Notes under the pieces: generated by a model
What the model was told of the DNA's origin: nothing
Seen by the model: only the letters and a program-made list of their open reading frames with translations
Databases searched by the model: none
Program-made: the position numbers and the translations under genes
Assembly (NCBI RefSeq): GCF_009914755.1
Contig: NC_060936.1
Length of the DNA: 64,000 bases
Source: the human T2T-CHM13v2.0 reference genome, Homo sapiens
Direction: 5' to 3' (one strand)
Part shown: positions 61,970 through 64,000 of the stretch, one piece after another
Layout: every line of letters begins with the position of its first letter
How positions within the stretch are numbered: the first letter of the stretch is position 1

Positions 61970-62324
61970 CAATGGAATACTACTCAGCCATAAAAAAGAA
62001 TGAATTAATGGCATTTCCAGCAACCTGGATGGGACTGGAAACTATGATTCTAAGTGAAATAATTCAGGAATGGAAAACCAAATATTGGATGTTCTCACTC
62101 ATAAGTGGGAGCTAAGCTATGAGGATGCAAAGGCATAATAAAGACAAAATGGACTTTGTGGACTCAGGAGGAAAGGGTGGGAAGGGGGTGAGGGATAAAA
62201 GACTACAAATGGGGTGCAGTATATACTGCTTGGGTGATGGGTGCACCAGCATCTCATTAATCACCACTAAAAAACCACCTGTTCCCCAATAACCTATGGA
62301 AATACAAAATTTTAAAAATAAAAT
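61970..62324 (+). mobile_element. 5'-truncated L1PB-like element
   Basis: Encodes TMEYYSAIKKNELMAF...MFSLISGS* (ORF2 end) plus 3' UTR; 13-bp TSD aaaagggagtaca. Confidence 0.92.
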
Positions 62325-62337
62325 AAAAGGGAGTACA

Positions 62338-62550
62338 GATGGCTTTTAGCCAAAAAGACCTGGATTCAAAGCCAGACACTACCACTTAATAGCTGTGTAA
62401 CCTTGGAAAGTTTACTTCACTGTGGCTGAATATCATCTGCAACCTAGAGAAAAACAATATTTTCTTCATAGGGTTTTTACGAGGATTAAATGGCATGTAA
62501 AACATACCTAATACATGGTAGGCACTCAATATATGGTAGCTATTATTATG
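62338..62550 (+). mobile_element. MIR
   Basis: agacctggattcaaa...ccacttaatagctgtgtaaccttgg...gaggattaaatg. Confidence 0.75.
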
Positions 62551-63052
62551 GCTGTTGCTAGATTCGGGAGTTGAACAGTGCCTGGCTTCACTTCTTATTT
62601 CACCAGATTGCCTGGCTCAGCAAATGCAGGGGATATTGACTTCATGAGCACAGAAACAGTGGATAATAAACACACATAGCAACAAATCACATCGGTAAAC
62701 CAATCTACCTCAGCTAATAACTGCTTTCCAGGCTCCTGCATTTGCTTTGTTAGAGGAACTAAATAGTTCCTAATGGCTATGGAACGAAATCATTTAGAAG
62801 AGGGTGAATTTCATCAGCTTTAGAGTTTCTGTTGAGGGCAGTGTAGGAGACTGTGCAAAGCCACCTCTTTTTAAAGAAAGCTAAGCAAAAATAATCCATA
62901 AATCATGTGAGTACCTATTACAGGTGCTTATGTAACTTACCATGTTTTCTAAGGAGAGGCTTATTTCCCATTCATTGAGGTGACATTTACTGAGCATGTC
63001 CAATGTACCAGCTACCATATTAAGTGCTAGAACACAAAAATAAAAAGACATA

Positions 63053-63371
<319 letters not shown>

Positions 63372-64000
63372 AAAAAGACATGAGCCCTTCTCTCCAGGAA
63401 CCCAGGCCTGTGGGCGAGTATGTATGTGTTTTTTATGGTCCATGCTGGAAGTGGTAATGAGAGAGGGGTGCACAGGATGATACAGGGTGACTATCCAAAA
63501 TAGACACTTCCCTAATGTAAGATAGTTCCACGACGCTGGAATTATATACAGTGAACACGTGTTACTTTTAAAACTAGGAACAAAAAAATGTAAAAGGAGA
63601 AACAAAGAACTCAAAGTCCAGTGGTGGAAACAGATTATATAACAAATATTCAAATAGTGGGATGAGTACCAAAATTCAAGGACATCAGAGTGTTTTGGGG
63701 GGAGTATTCTTCCTTTAGAAGAAAGGAAGGGCATTCCATACTGCCTGGGGGTAAAGATGACAAGGCAGGTTTCCTTAAGAAGGTGACACTCAAGCTGAGA
63801 CCTTGAGACTGAATGATTTGCCGGTAGGAGTGTGTAAGTACAGTTTCTCTAGAGGGCAATCCAGCAATATTTATTAGTATTTAAAATGTGCATACTCCTT
63901 GAACCAGATGTTCCTCTTCTGGTATTTCAGCTGACAGGAATGCCAGAAAACATATCAAAAGATCTCTGTAAAAAAGATGTTTATCACGTCAATGTAATAA

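Overview
Primate (probably human) repeat-rich intronic or intergenic DNA. No protein-coding exon, tRNA, rRNA or CRISPR array is supported. Long ORFs in the track mostly come from Alu, L1, L2, CR1, LTR or simple-repeat sequence. The window holds about 29 Alu-family SINEs, many L1, L2, MIR and CR1(L3) fragments, solo LTRs (THE1, MST, MLT1, MER21, MER57, MER67, LTR33) and DNA-transposon fossils (MER1A, MER58, MER6, MER46C, MER94, MER91, MER5, Charlie1), often nested with readable target-site duplications (TSDs). Best findings: (1) a heavily decayed Mutator/MULE-type DDE transposase at about 44.1-45.1 kb, absent from the ORF track and apparently distinct from Ricksha as I recall it; (2) an 80-bp L1Hs-like insertion at 9.6 kb; (3) an orphan, TSD-flanked, poly(A)-tailed retrocopy of an unidentified 3' end at 52.1 kb; (4) a near-consensus young AluYk11-like element at 49 kb; (5) a duplicated SOX+homeobox module (31.86 and 33.36 kb); (6) a long CR1/L3 fossil with an Alu inside its RT active-site motif. 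Family and subfamily names come from recalled consensus sequences, not database searches. Boundaries of old elements are approximate.
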